Source: Malacoraja senta
Lineage: Eukaryota
Reading direction: 5' to 3'
Assembly (NCBI GenBank): GCA_038087875.1
Contig: CM075977.1
Coordinates: 199,950,001 to 200,014,000 of the forward strand
DNA: 64,000 nucleotides
Below, piece after piece: positions 1-11,959 of this stretch; position 1 is the stretch's first letter, and every line of letters begins with the position of its first letter. Position numbers and translations under genes: made by a program. Below the pieces are notes generated by a model. That model had not been told where the DNA came from and made no database searches. It was given only the letters and a program-made list of their open reading frames with translations.

Positions 1-365
1 AACCCTTGCATCCCCTGTCTCTCTGTCTCTCCTCTACCCTAGTCATTGTACTAGTTTCACTGTTGTCCCGCTGAATTTCACTGTCTGTGTAACTCGTTAT
101 CACTAACCCCACAGCAAACAATGGACCATTGTGGGCTCCACCTTTCCTTAATCATCGATACTTTTTGCATATCTTCCATTCATTTGTCCTATCGACCTTC
201 TCCATCTCTTGTTTCCATTTCCCCTGACACTCAGTCTGAATATGGGTCTCAACCCGAAACGTCACCTATTCATTTTCTCCAGAGATGCTGCCTGACCCGC
301 TGAGTTACTCCAGGTTTTTGTGTCTATCTTTGGTGTAAACCAGCATCTGTGGTTCTTTCCTACAC
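1..365 (+). mobile_element. 3' tail of Penelope-like element with degenerate hammerhead motif (236-263)
   Basis: Ends in ctgaatatgggtctcaacccgaaacgtcacc...agatgctgcctgacccgctgagttactccag, the tail that follows the GIY-YIG ORF at 2819-2910. Confidence 0.75.
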
Positions 366-504
366 AATATACATGGGTGCCCACTGATCAGAGTGGTACC
401 AGATGGGCCGAATGGCCTGCTTCCATACCGTATGGCGCTATAGTTTAGCGTTAACATTTACATTGGAAAGAAGCTATGTTCGGCACACAAGGACACTTCT
501 GATG

Positions 505-900
505 GCTCTGAAGTGTTGGGCCTCCTCCACTGTCAGAATGAGGCCCAACGCAAATTGGAGGAACAACACCTCATATTTCACTTGGGCAGTTTACAAATAT
601 TGATTTAATCTAAATTCAATTAACCCTTGGTTTCCCTCTCTCCGTTCCTCCCCCACCCTAGTTCTCCGACTAGTTTCACTGTCCTGATTAATTTCACTGC
701 TTATATGCCTCGTTGTCACCTTCCCCTCAGCTAACAGTGATCCACTCTACATTTCTTATCACTGTCTGCTTTGATCTGGCATTTTCACACCTTACGTCGC
801 ACATTCCTTCCCTCCAGAGATGCTGCCTGTCCTGCTAAGTAACTCCAGCATTTTGCGTCTATCTTTAGTGTAAACCAGCATCTGCAGTTCTTTCCCACAC
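505..900 (+). mobile_element. Penelope-like element 3' fragment (endonuclease C-terminus plus tail, hammerhead core deleted)
   Basis: gggcctcctccactgtcagaatgaggcccaacgcaaattggaggaacaacacctcatattt matches the EN C-terminus at 2580-2660 and 2950-3030. Confidence 0.75.
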
Positions 901-909
901 ATGCATAGA

Positions 910-1666
910 TCCATAGAAACATAGAAAGTAGGTGCAGGAGTAGGCCATTCGTCCCTTTGAACCTGCACCGCCATACAATATGATAATGGCTGGTCATCCA
1001 AAATCAGTACCCGGTTCCTGCTTTCTACCCATATCCCTTAATTCTGTTAGCCCTAAGAGCTATATCCAACCTTCTCTTGAAAACATCCAGTGAATTGGTC
1101 TCCTCTGCCTTCTGTGGCAGAGAATTCCACAGATTCCACAGCTCTCTGGGTGAAGAACATTTTCCTCATCTCAGTCCTAAATAGCCTACCCCTTATTCTT
1201 AAACTGTGACCCCTGGTTCTGGACTCCCCCAACTTCGGGAACATTTTTAATGCATCTAGCATGTCCTGTCCCTTACTAATTTTATATGTTTCTATAAGAT
1301 CCCCTCTTATTCTAAATTCCATGTGAATATAAGCCCAGTCGATCCATTATTTCATCATATGTCAGTCCCGCCATCCCAGGAATTAACCTGGTGAACCTAC
1401 GCTGCACTCCCTCAATAGCACAAAGGACCTACCGCAAACTAGGAGACCAAAACTGCACACAATACTCCAGGTGCAGTTACACCAGGGCCCTGTACAACTG
1501 CAGAAGGACCTATTTGTTCCGATACTCAAAACCTCTCACTATAAAGGCCAACATGCCATTTACACTCTTCACTGCCTGCTGTACCTGGATGCTTATTTTT
1601 AGTGACTGATGTACAAGGACACCCAGGTCTCATTGCACCTCCCCTTTTCCTAACCTGATACCATTC
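910..1666 (-). mobile_element. CR1 LINE 3' fragment; continues at 3265-3405 and 4091-4190
   Basis: ORF 1053-1322(-) EFRIRGDLIETYKI...SRTRGHSLRIRGRLFRTEMRK is the CR1 RT C-terminus; (TTTCTATG)-type tail; collinear continuation after the insertions. Confidence 0.9.
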
Positions 1667-1670
1667 CGAC

Positions 1671-2700
1671 ACCCACACACAACTGACTGACTTCATCCGC
1701 TTCACCACCAACTTCCATCCGGCACTCAAATACACCTGGACCATTTCCGACACTTCCCTACCATTCCTTGACCTCACTATCCCCATCGCAGGTGATAGAC
1801 TTCTTACCGACATCCACTACAAACCTACCGACTCCCATGGCTATCTGGACTACACTTCTTCCCACCCTGCTTCCTGTAAGGACTCCATCCCCCACTCCCA
1901 ATTCCTCCATCTACGCCGCATCTGGTCCCAGGATGAGGCGTTCCACACCAGGACATCCGAAATGTCCTCATTCTTCAGGGAACGGGGGTTCCCCTCCTCC
2001 ACCATAGATGAGGATCGCACCAGGGTCACTGCCATACCCCGCAACACTGCTCTCTCTCCCCATCCCCCCACTCACAACAAGGGCAGAGTCCCCCTAGTCC
2101 TCACCTTTCACCCCACCAGGTCACATTCAACAAGTGATCCTCCGTCAGTTTCGCCACCTCCAACGTGACCCCACCACTCGCCACATCTTCCCATCTCCCC
2201 CTATGTCTGCCTTCCACAAAGACCGCTCCCTCCGTAACTCCCTTGTCAATTCTTCCCTTCCCTCCCGTACCACCCCCTCCCCGGGTACTTTCCCTTGCAA
2301 CCGCAAGAGATGCAACACTTGTCCCTTCACCTCCCCCCTCGACTCCATTCAAGGACCTAAGCAGTCGTTCCAGGTGCGGCAGAGGTTCACCTGCATCTCC
2401 TCCAACCTCATCTATTGCATCCGCTGCTCTAGATGTCAGCTGTTCTACATCGGTGAGACCAAGCGGAGGCTTGCCGATCGTTTCGCCGAACACCTCCGGT
2501 CGGTCCGCAATAACCAACCTGACCTCCCGGTGGCTCAGCACTTCAACTCCCCCTCCCATTCCGTATCTGACCTCTCTGTCCTGGGTCTCCTCCATGGCCA
2601 CAGCGAGCAACACCGGAAATTGGAAGAAATGCACCTCATATTCCGCTTGGGCAGTCTACATCCTGGGGGCTTGAACATTGAATTCTCCCAATTCTGCTAG
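1671..2700 (+). pseudogene. PLE RT C-terminus plus GIY-YIG endonuclease, frameshifted near 2120-2134
   Basis: ORF 2134-2700: CNRKRCNTC linker, LIYCIRCSRCQLFYIGETKRRLADRFAEH, QHF, GLN terminus; an upstream frame is open from 1671. Confidence 0.9.
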
Positions 2701-2818
2701 CCCTTGCTGTCCCCTCCCCTTCATCAGCCCTCTGGTTATCTCCTCCCCTCCCCTAGCCCTCGGGCTCCTCCTCCGCCTTTTTTCCTTTTTTCCTTTCTTC
2801 TCCCCACCCCCTATCAGT

Positions 2819-2846
2819 CTGAAGAAGGGTTTCGGCCCGAAACGTT
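2819..2846 (+). ncRNA. Minimal hammerhead ribozyme motif in PLE 3' tail
   Basis: CTGAAGA A GGGT-TTCG-GCCC GAAAC GTT: CUGANGA box, stem II with UUCG loop, GAAA box, palindromic ACGU stem III; stem I is weak. Confidence 0.7.
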
Positions 2847-3177
2847 GCCTATTTCCTTCGCTCCATAGATGCTGCTGCACCCGCTGAGTTTCTCCAGCAT
2901 TTTTGTGTACCTACTATTCCGATAATGCTCATTCCCAATCTGCCCTTTCTGTCCTGGGCCTCCTCCATTGTCAGAGTGAGGCCCAGCACAAATCGGAGGA
3001 ACAGCACCTCATATTTCATTTGGGTAGTTTACACCCCAGTGGTATGAACATTGACTTCTCTAACTTCAGATAGCCCTTGCTTTCCCTCTCCATCCCCTCC
3101 CCTTCCCAGTTTTCCCTCCAGTCTTACTGCATCCGACTACAGTCTATCTTTGTCCTGCCCCCTCCCTTGACATCAGT

Positions 3178-3203
3178 CTGAAGAAGGCTCGACCTGAAAC
3201 GTC
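3178..3203 (+). ncRNA. Minimal hammerhead-like motif, second PLE tail (stem II damaged)
   Basis: ctgaagaaggctcgacctgaaacgtc. Confidence 0.5.
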
Positions 3204-3405
3204 ACCCATTCCTTCTCTCCAGAGATGCTGCCTGACCCGCTGAGTTACTCCAGCATTTTGTGTCTACCATTCAGATAATAATCTGTCTTCTTGTTCTTGC
3301 CACCAAAGTGGATGACCTCACATTTATCCATATTATTCTGCATCTGCTATACATCTGCCCACTCACCCAACCTATTCAAGTTACCCGGCAGCCTCATAGC
3401 ATCCT

Positions 3406-4090
3406 CGACCATGAAGGGAGTCGCCTTCATGGTCGTGAGGAGTTCTCGCATTCTGGGAACTGGTCGCGGCCTCATTATGGTCGCTGTGAATTTTTCAACA
3501 TGTTGAAAAATTTGCGGTGACTAGAATGAATCCGCCATGGAGAGTAGCGAGAATTCTTGTGCCGTAGGTGGGTCGCTGGGATGTCCTAATGGGTTGCCAG
3601 GAGGTCGAAGGTTCTCGGAGGTTGTTGCCGGTGCTGACCGGTGAATTTCATGGGCTCATTGGGAAAAAAGTTAAGCAGTAGTTTTCAGAACCAAGGATAT
3701 CCAACCGGTAATGTTAAGTGTCCGCTGAGCTTCACAGCCGTGTATCTCTGGCTTCTTAAAAGTTGCCTCCACTCTTTCTCCCCCCTCTCCCCCCCCTCTT
3801 TTAAAGGACTTACTGTACACTGTGCTTCAGCGCCAACTTTCCTGTTCATCGCGGTGTGTGTCTGTATCACATTGGCTTTGCACCGTGTGAATTTCACTCA
3901 GACAGCGCTCACCCCACCCCCCTCCCCGCTTGCCCTGTCCCCGCCTGCATAACGGGCTGGTGAAGGAAGGATGTGTGTGTGTGTTCCATTCTGACAGTCA
4001 CCGTTCTAGTTGCCGGTTTTTCAGGCGAGTGCGGACAACTTGACAGTCGCCGGCAGTCCGCTGAAAAATCGCTTGAGTGGGACAGGCCCA
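3406..4090. mobile_element. Harbinger-type non-autonomous element, left end missing
   Basis: Right TIR agtgggacaggccca followed by TTA; interrupts the CR1. Confidence 0.65.
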
Positions 4091-4228
4091 TTAATTCCTA
4101 CTCTTTGCTTCCTGACTGCCAACCAGTTCTCTATCCATGTCAATACCCTGCCACCAATACCATGTGCTCTAATTTTGCACACTGACCTTTGACAGGCTGG
4201 CGAAAAAGCAAAATGCACCAACCATCGA

Positions 4229-4950
4229 GTGAACTATCCAGGAGTCGAATTAAGCAAAGATTTAAGTTGGGTGACGCATATTAATCAAGTGTCTAACAAG
4301 GCAAATAGAACTCTCCGCCTTCTCAAGAGAAATGTTCACGCATGTAGTACATCCGTCAAAGAGAATGCCTACAAGTCCTTGGCCAGGCCCAAATTGGAGT
4401 ATTGTGGAGCCGTATGGGATCCTTTCAACAACAACAACAAGATAACCCTGGAGAAAGTACAACGCCGAGCAGCGCGCTTTGTATGACATGACTACAAGCG
4501 CAAATCAAGCGTGAATAATATGCTGACTTCTCTCCGATGGGATACCCTAGAGCTCCGCAGAATCAGGCTAAGACTTATTGCAATTTACAAGGAGATTCAC
4601 AAAATCACGCCATCAAATCTCCCGTCATCCCAGAGCACCGACTGCCATGAAACAAGACAAAATAACGGTCCCTACATCATCAACTCACTAAATTTCAATA
4701 AACCTTCAATAAATGAACCTTATGAACTTTGCTACCAATATTCCCTTTACCCAAGGACGATAAGGGAATGGAATAGGTTACCACACAACACACGTGCTGC
4801 TCCCGATGTTGTCATTTTAAAATGGGATTGAGCAACTAGATCTCCTCAACTTGGTCAAAAAGGCTCACTGCAAAATTTAATCGCTAATCGACCTGTGCGA
4901 GATAACCACTGATGATGTGTTTGCGCAGTAATCAACCAGAATCAACCAGA
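4229..4950 (+). mobile_element. L2/CR1-group LINE 3' fragment (RT C-terminus), distinct from the shark-type CR1s
   Basis: LSWVTHINQVSNKANRTLRLLKRN...AYKSLARPKLEYCGAVWDP...LEKVQRRAARFV, in-frame stop, then YSLYPRTIREWNRLP; aaccag-type tail. Confidence 0.8.
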
Positions 4951-5103
4951 TAGGGCTCTTAAAAATAGCGGAGTCAGGGTATATGGGGGGAAGGCAGGAA
5001 CGGGGTACTGATTGGGGATGATCAGCCATGATCACATTGAATGGCGGTGCTGGCTCGAAGGGCCGAATGGCCTACTCCTGCACCTATTGTCTATTGTCTA
5101 TTG
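4950..5103 (+). mobile_element. CR1 3' end inserted in the tail of the preceding LINE
   Basis: gatcagccatgatcacattgaatggcggtgctggctcgaagggccgaatggcctactcctgcacc plus (TATTGTC)n; aaccag repeats resume at ~5110. Confidence 0.85.
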
Positions 5104-5203
5104 CCATAGAACCAGAACCAGAAAACCCCCAAAACCAGAAGTAAGTGCAAAGAGATCCCCTTTAAACTCGCTGAACGGTTTGCAATGCGGAGAAACCGCT
5201 GTT

Positions 5204-5217
5204 CCAGCAGAGGGCGC
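5204..5217 (+). promoter_or_regulatory. CTCF-binding core motif
   Basis: CCAGCAGAGGGCGC fits the vertebrate CTCF core consensus, in a CpG-rich unique patch upstream of the promoter. Confidence 0.5.
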
Positions 5218-5658
5218 ATTCATCCTCAAGAATGTCCCGCAATCCCGGCAGGTGGAACGCGCCTTGGACCATTTCTGGTCTGGGTCTCGCAACAACCATG
5301 AAACCCGCAGCGGCGCGGCCTGTTTCATTTTTTTTTTTTGCATGTCCGTTTTGACTTTCAGTCATCTTCGTGTGATTTCACACACCTGCGGCTTCATATG
5401 GAGCACAGAACAAACAAACAAACAAAAAAATACCCACTCCCTCCCAAACCTCTTCTCCGTGGAATCCACGTTAGTGAGCAGTTTCAACAATTTGATGAGA
5501 GTTTATTTGGATCAAGACTGCGGGTGGAGGCAAGGGCTACGGATGGCCAAAGAGCAGTGCAGATTTGGGCTGCATCCTTCAAACAGCCCACCAACAAAAC
5601 ACGGATGTGTGTGTATGTGTGTATATATATATATACGCATAAACTAATACTATATATT

Positions 5659-5878
5659 TAGACACACAATGCTGGAGTAACTCAGCGGGACAGGCAGCAT
5701 CTCTGGAGAGAAGGAATAGGTGACGTTTTGGAACGAGACCCGTCTTCAGACTAAAGACTTAAGGGACCCATAACGTCACCCATTCCTTCTCTCCAGAGAT
5801 GCTGCCTGTCCTGCTGAGTTACTCCAGCTTTTTGTGTTTATCTTCGGTTTCAACCAGTATCTGCTGTTCCATCCTACA
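5659..5878. mobile_element. Fold-back (inverted pair) of PLE 3' tail
   Basis: tgctggagtaactcagcgggacaggcagcatctctggagagaagg ... ccttctctccagagatgctgcctgtcctgctgagttactccagc. Confidence 0.8.
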
Positions 5879-6020
5879 CACACACACTTGAAGAATGACT
5901 GGAAATTAAAACCGACATTATACTGCGCGGGCACACACACACAGCACTTTCTCCAGCATTTTTGTCTAGCTTCGATTTTCCAGCATCTGCAGTTCCTTCT
6001 TAAACACACATATATGTGTT

Positions 6021-6038
6021 TATATATATATATATATA

Positions 6039-6081
<43 letters not shown>
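6021..6081. repeat. (TA)n(TG)n compound microsatellite
   Basis: Directly visible. Confidence 0.95.
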
Positions 6082-6083
<2 letters not shown>

Positions 6084-6303
6084 ACACCGTGACTCCCTTG
6101 ACCCAAAACTACGCTCTTTCGTTTTATTTTAAAGAGAGGGCGAGATTTAAAAACAAGTTTCAGTGGTTCCTAATGCATTCGCCCTTTCCCTCCAATTCTG
6201 CGTGCAGGATTGTATTTCGTGGTAAGGCAGCTGGTGACTGATCAACTTTGAGGATCCTCACCGCATACCGCGGCATCGGATACCACATGCGCTGGAACGG
6301 GGC

Positions 6304-6305
<2 letters not shown>

Positions 6306-6333
<28 letters not shown>
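6306..6333. repeat. (CA)n microsatellite
   Basis: Directly visible. Confidence 0.95.
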
Positions 6334-6336
<3 letters not shown>

Positions 6337-6829
6337 GTCTGAGGTTTTCTAATGCGAAGTGGTTTTATTTTGTTTCTGTGGGAGTATATTCACAGTAACC
6401 CCGCTTCTCCGTACTTGCAGAACCGGTGTTGGTCTCTAATAAAGTTGTTGCAACTTTTTTTGTCAGACCGTCTTCCTCCCCCCTTCTCCCATCCACAAAA
6501 ACAAATAATAATAATAATAATTGAGTGGAATCCAGTCCCCAATGGTGTCGGGCGCTTGTTTATCCAACGCACCAGGGAACTGAACTGCCGGCCGCGCAGT
6601 AGACGTTTTCATCCTTTTGTATTGGCGATTAAGACAAAAAAGCCCCAGCTAATTCCATCCCCACTGAGTATTCAGATGCACAGGAACACATTGAGATGTT
6701 GTCATATAGACAAGAGTTCTGTAAAAGCAATGTATATCACTGCTCCATAACAAAACACAACGGTGTAAAAAATAAGGTAATGGAATGACTCATAAGGAGT
6801 TCCTGATGACATTTGCAGAGGAATTGTAT

Positions 6830-7932
6830 CACTGCTGAATTACCAGGGCGCACTCTGAAACGTAAGCCGTCGGTGTGATCCAGCGCCAGGCTTTCGCCTC
6901 GTTCCCTCCTCGTTCTTTGAAAGCAACATCAGAGCAAGGTTTAAATCGGTTTGCCATTTGGCGTTCGCAAGCAAACATTTTGCTCGCTGCTCGCCAATGT
7001 TGTAAATATATGCCAGGAGGAGGAGGGGAGGGGGAGGGGGGGGGGGGGTAGAAAGAAAAGCAAGAGAGGAAGAGTATTTTGGGAGGGGAAGGAGGAGGAG
7101 AGAGCATAATAGGGAGGGCGAGGAACGAGGGAAGCAGGGCAGCTTTGTTCAGCAAGGACATTTCTCTCCCAGTTTGGCCGTGGAGTGGCATAGCACGGAT
7201 CGCCGAGCTCTTGAAGGAAGACTGAGCATTAAGGGAGACGGGGAGCAGAGGAAAACCGAGGGGGAAAGAACTGGATACAGAACATGTATCTCTAACCAAG
7301 CGGCTGCGAGTAGACAATATATCTCGAACCAAGCTGACTGCGGCACACGGTTTGTGTAAGGTGGAAAGAGGGGGCAAGAGTGATTGAGGGCTCTGCGGGC
7401 TGCAAGAAAGTCTTGCTCATCCGGCCAGCCTTTCCGAAGGAGGGTGGGAGTGAGTGAGTGAGGGAGGGAGGGAAAGTGTCCGGTAGCGAGAGGCAGGGGG
7501 TAGGTGGAGCTGCGCCCTCGCAAACACACACGGGGAGCAGAGCAAGCCGGAGCCTCCATCCGTATGGCAGCTTGCGTGGACCTCTCGGTGCCCCTTCAGC
7601 AGCGGAGAGGGAGCCTCACACAGTGAAGAGCCGCCGCCGCCGCCGCCGCCTTTCCCCGCTGTGCGCAGTCCCGGGGAGCCAGCGAGCGAGGGAGGGAGGA
7701 AGGAAGGGAGGGAGGGAAGGAGGGAGGAAGAGACGCGGAGAGGGGGGCAATGGAGCCCCGTCGCGCCTTTCTTTGATCGGTGGACGCCCGCCTGCTCGGT
7801 GTACGGACGGGATTTCTCTCGCTCTTTCCCTGCTGCCAACGCCGCCGCCGCCGCCGACGCCGACTCCCGAACCAAGGTCCCTACCCAACAAGGGCTCGTC
7901 TTCCGACAGGAGAACTCAGCTTAATCTCTGTG
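6830..7932 (+). promoter_or_regulatory. CpG-island promoter and probable non-coding first exon of an unidentified gene
   Basis: CpG-rich and transposon-free; CCAAT at 6994; G/GA-rich tracts 7016-7140 and 7690-7740; (GCC)7 at 7630-7650 and GCC run at 7841; donor GTG|GTAAGA at 7932/7933. Confidence 0.7.
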
Positions 7933-9792
7933 GTAAGAATAAAGGACTACACACACACACCAGGCAGATATATGGACCATCTCTTTCATCTTCAGGTCTC
8001 TACATTCATTGCATTCACTTGATCCTTCACTGGCGGGTTTGCTTTGGATTATATGACTTGATAACCGTTTCTCCCCCACGCCCCCCCCCCCATTCCTCCC
8101 ACCTAACTCTGTTATTTTGCCTATCCTTTCACCCCCACCCCCCCACCCCCCTCCTTGAATGTTGAATTTGTTTTCCTATTCGCACGTCTTTCCATTGGGA
8201 AGGGACCCGCGTTTCATTTACGGTTCGGTTGTTCGTGTGGCAAGGTGCGGGGACAACACGTCCATTCACGATGGTAGGAATACTAATGCAGGAGGAGATG
8301 CTTCGCACGGATATATAGCTTCCCAATCTGTGGGATTATTTGCCCTCCTCCCAAACGAGCGTTGCCTCGCTGAAGCCACCGACCACGGAATGCTGTGTGC
8401 TTGCTTGTGTGTGTCATTTTTTATTTTAAAGTGGAGAAGGTATGGTTCATTCAGCTCACGGCAGCGGGTTTCAGTTGGAAAATATTGAACGGGGTTGGGG
8501 AATGGGATCTGCAGGGGGGGGGGGGGGGTGGGAGGTTTGCTTTTTCTGTCGGGGTTACTCCCGTCCCGGTAATATATTCGCGTTTAACCATTACTTTCGC
8601 AATGGCATCCGCCTCCACTCTTGTGGAAGAATGTCGCGGGCTTGTGTGGCTGCGATCAAAATCCCACTCCACCATCCCCACTGACACCTCAACGCTTCTA
8701 AGCCATTCACTCAGCCAGTCGTGCGTTACACGGTGCACAGCCAACGTGAAATAAATGGTCACTTAAAACCTTTTATTAGTTATGAATGGAGTCTCAAATC
8801 GTTATGCATGTTATTGTGCGTGGGAGACTTTAGTTGCATTGAGACCCGTATTTATTTATTTTTTGCTATTGTTAGTTCTTGACAATGCAGCGAGTTTTAC
8901 TTTTAATAAGTAGATCGAGAGGAGGCGGCTTTGGTAAAGTGTTAACTTGCTCAGCAGTTCACTAGAGAAACAGTATTGTCTTGGTAACTCTGCATTAACT
9001 TAAGCCTGTGAGAATGGCGAAGAGCTGCTGGGTTTTTTTTTTGATGTTCTGCTTGGCTGGCTAACCTGAATACTAAAAAGCATTCCATCAGCTGCTGGCC
9101 CTGTTAGGAGTTTTTTTCCAATGGCACCCGGTTTTCTAAAGCTACTGCAAGGGTCCAAGGGACATGAAAAGGATCTCGCTAGTTCACTCTGAATAGCCCT
9201 TACTGCCAGCAGGTTAAGGAGTCGGGACCAGATAGTTTTCCCTCTTTGTAAGGAAAACCATCCACCATTACTGCTGCAGTAGCTGTCATTCTATCGATTG
9301 TAACCGGAGGGGGCAAACTCGACTCATTTAACTTGAACCGTGGAAAGAGATAGCTTATTTTATTATATTGGGTGATCAAATGGATGGAATGGTTCGAGTG
9401 TCAGTCACCGCGTTCTATCATTTTAAACAAATCGTGCACTGTGTTCGCGACAGCTCTGTGATCCTGTTTAACCCTGATGGGTAAGGTTGTGGTTGGAAAA
9501 GGTGGAATGTTTGCCTTGGGATGGCAGGACTTGCAAACTGGTGTAAATGCAATTGGAATTGACTTCAGGACTGGGCATCTTAAAGTACAACAAACTATTT
9601 AACATCTGGCATTTGGAGTTTGCCACCTTACTGATTTCAGTCTGTTTAGTAAGATGGAAGAAATCTGCAAAATTAGTATGGGCAGACACCACCCAGAAAA
9701 TACGATTTTGCATGAGAACTTGTTTTCTTTTACATTTTTGTCCTTTCATGTATTTCCACTGACGTTGTATACTGAAGTATGAAATAGAACAG

Positions 9793-9958
9793 AGATAGAT
9801 ACAAGATGCTGGAGTAGATCAATGGGACAGGCAGCATCTCTGAAGAAGGTCTCGACCCAAAACGTCACCCATTCCTTCTCACCCGAGATGCTGCCGGAGT
9901 TACTCCAGCATTTTGTGTCTATCTTTGGTGTAAACCAGGATCTGCAGTTCTTTCCCAC
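9793..9958. mobile_element. PLE-tail fold-back, internally deleted, hammerhead remnant at 9840-9866
   Basis: Inverted arms; ctgaagaaggtctcgacccaaaacgtc. Confidence 0.75.
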
Positions 9959-11959
9959 ACATATGAAATAGACCAGTGCACGTTATGGCTATTGTCCTGA
10001 GATTTGTTGCAGCTAAATTGTTGCATTCAAGATGTTTGGCTGAATGCATATTTACATCCTGTGGGGGAAAAAGAAGTATTGAAGATTTGGGATCATTTTA
10101 TTATGATGCGATGCTTCTTTGGCAAATCCAATGTGTTGTCAAAAAGACAGTTTGGTCGTTTTTGGAATCTGTTCCTATATTAGATGTGGTGGCTGAATGA
10201 GAATTGAAATTTATTGATAACATGAGTGGGCATTGATTCCAAGGAACATTGCAAAACTTGGGGAACTGGGTTGGATTAGAGCCACGGTACACAAGCTAAA
10301 ACCTGGACTACAAGGCTTTCCCTTTTCGTCATGGCCTTGAGCCTATTCATGATTTTTTTTTAAATCACCTCAGGTGGTCAAAGATAATTTGCACCATATT
10401 GCTGAATTTTTGGAAGAAGATGCAAGTCATAAACCGGAAAAATTAATTTCCCAGTTTACCCAGAATTAGTTATTTTCCAGCCTTTGGGGTCTGAAAGAGA
10501 GAACAGTTTGCAGCTTGAATTAAATATTAATGTGTTTGTCCATCTAGCTTTAATCCTTTCCTGTTTTCAGATCTCTAGTTTGTTGAAGGCTGCCTAGTTT
10601 CCAATCCAAGCCTGAGGCATCATTTATTTTTCCTTTTAGGATTAATTTATTTGGTTTCGAGTTGTTTTTTTGACAAATGTAGAGCTAATGAGTGAATCCA
10701 ACGTATGTCTTTTTCCTAACAGGGAGCAATTTTGAGACATAGAGTCCACCCCTCATTTAAACCTAACAGACGGAGTGGATAATTGTTCCATCTTTTGTGC
10801 ACTAATGATCACTCATTTAAAGATATACTGAAGCTAGTTTGACCCCGCTGAAAATACTTAGCAGCCTGCATTGACTCTGTCATCTCATTTCTGATAAGCA
10901 AATGAATAAGAATCTTTAATGACAAGCTTCAGAGTGTAGATGTGAATATTTTCAATTCGATGACGTTATTTCATAAAATGGAAAAAAAAAGCCAGCTGAA
11001 TACTATAGTACAAAATTCATGTGGACATTGGTTAGTGTAGCTCTGTGTCGCTGGATCTTGGAACTAGCTACAGGCTATTTATCCTCTGTGGAAGGGGCTC
11101 AAAAAATGGCTCATTAAACTAATTTTCTCCTCCAGCTTTTTTCTGCTTACTAGACGTTAACTCTTGATTTGTTAAAAGATGATTTTAACCAAATTTGCTT
11201 ACTTATTTGGTTCACATCATTTGGTGAGACAGGATAACATCTATATACAGTATGCTTTGCTTGTGAGTTATGGATTTCTTTTGTCTTTGGGCAGAAAGAC
11301 AGCTTTGATAGCTTGCACAGGAACATTAGATCTTCCTTTGTGTGGTTGAAAGTGACGCACAATGCTTTATGCCAATCTTTTGAAAAGACTACCAGTAAAA
11401 GCTGAATGATTAAACTCTTGAGCAGTGGCGTGTTACAATAGGTAGGATGGCGACGGCAGAGATTACTCATATTTGTTTATATAAGAAAGTGCTTAAAGTG
11501 CTGCTTTATTGAAATGTTTCCTATTTCTGTACACATTAACCTGGACTTAGAGTCAAAAAGATGCTGGGGGAATATTGAGTCCCATTGTTGGTATAGAAAG
11601 TCATTTTTCGTATTGCTGTTTGCATGTCGCCATGGCACACTGTCGTAATGGCCCCTGGGTGGAGGTGGGGAGTGGTGAAAGAGGAATGTGCAAACAAATC
11701 TCTGTTTTAAAGCTTTTTGCCGAGGGAGAGAGCTCAGATACGATTGTGGTTAAATATGTTTGTTATCTTGAAAGACGTAATTGAGTAAATTGAAGTGGGC
11801 AAAAGTGCAATAGTGATATTTAACAACCAGCAACACTGTTTTTTTGCTCCGTTCATTTCACTGTGGATAAAGAGGTTGCAAAAAGGAAAGTGGCCATTTG
11901 GCCCACCTTGTCTGTGTTGAAGTTCACTTTCTCTGTGAGGTAGTGGACCTGATCACTTT

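Larger units (their letters stand above)
1667..3264 (+). mobile_element. 5'-truncated Neptune-type Penelope-like retroelement in partial tandem arrangement
   Basis: RT C-terminus (...LPFLDLTI...YKPTDSHGYLDYTSSHP...), Cys-rich linker, GIY-YIG domain, then a second EN-end/tail copy at 2915-3264; flanked by 8-bp direct repeat taccattc (1659-1666, 3265-3272) inside a CR1. Confidence 0.9.

Noticed and set aside
2134-2700. Host or homing GIY-YIG nuclease gene
   Set aside because: It follows a PLE RT fragment, precedes the PLE tail and lies within a TSD.
6829-8165. ORFs of 130-235 aa over the CpG island
   Set aside because: Low-complexity GC-driven frames on both strands with no recognisable protein.
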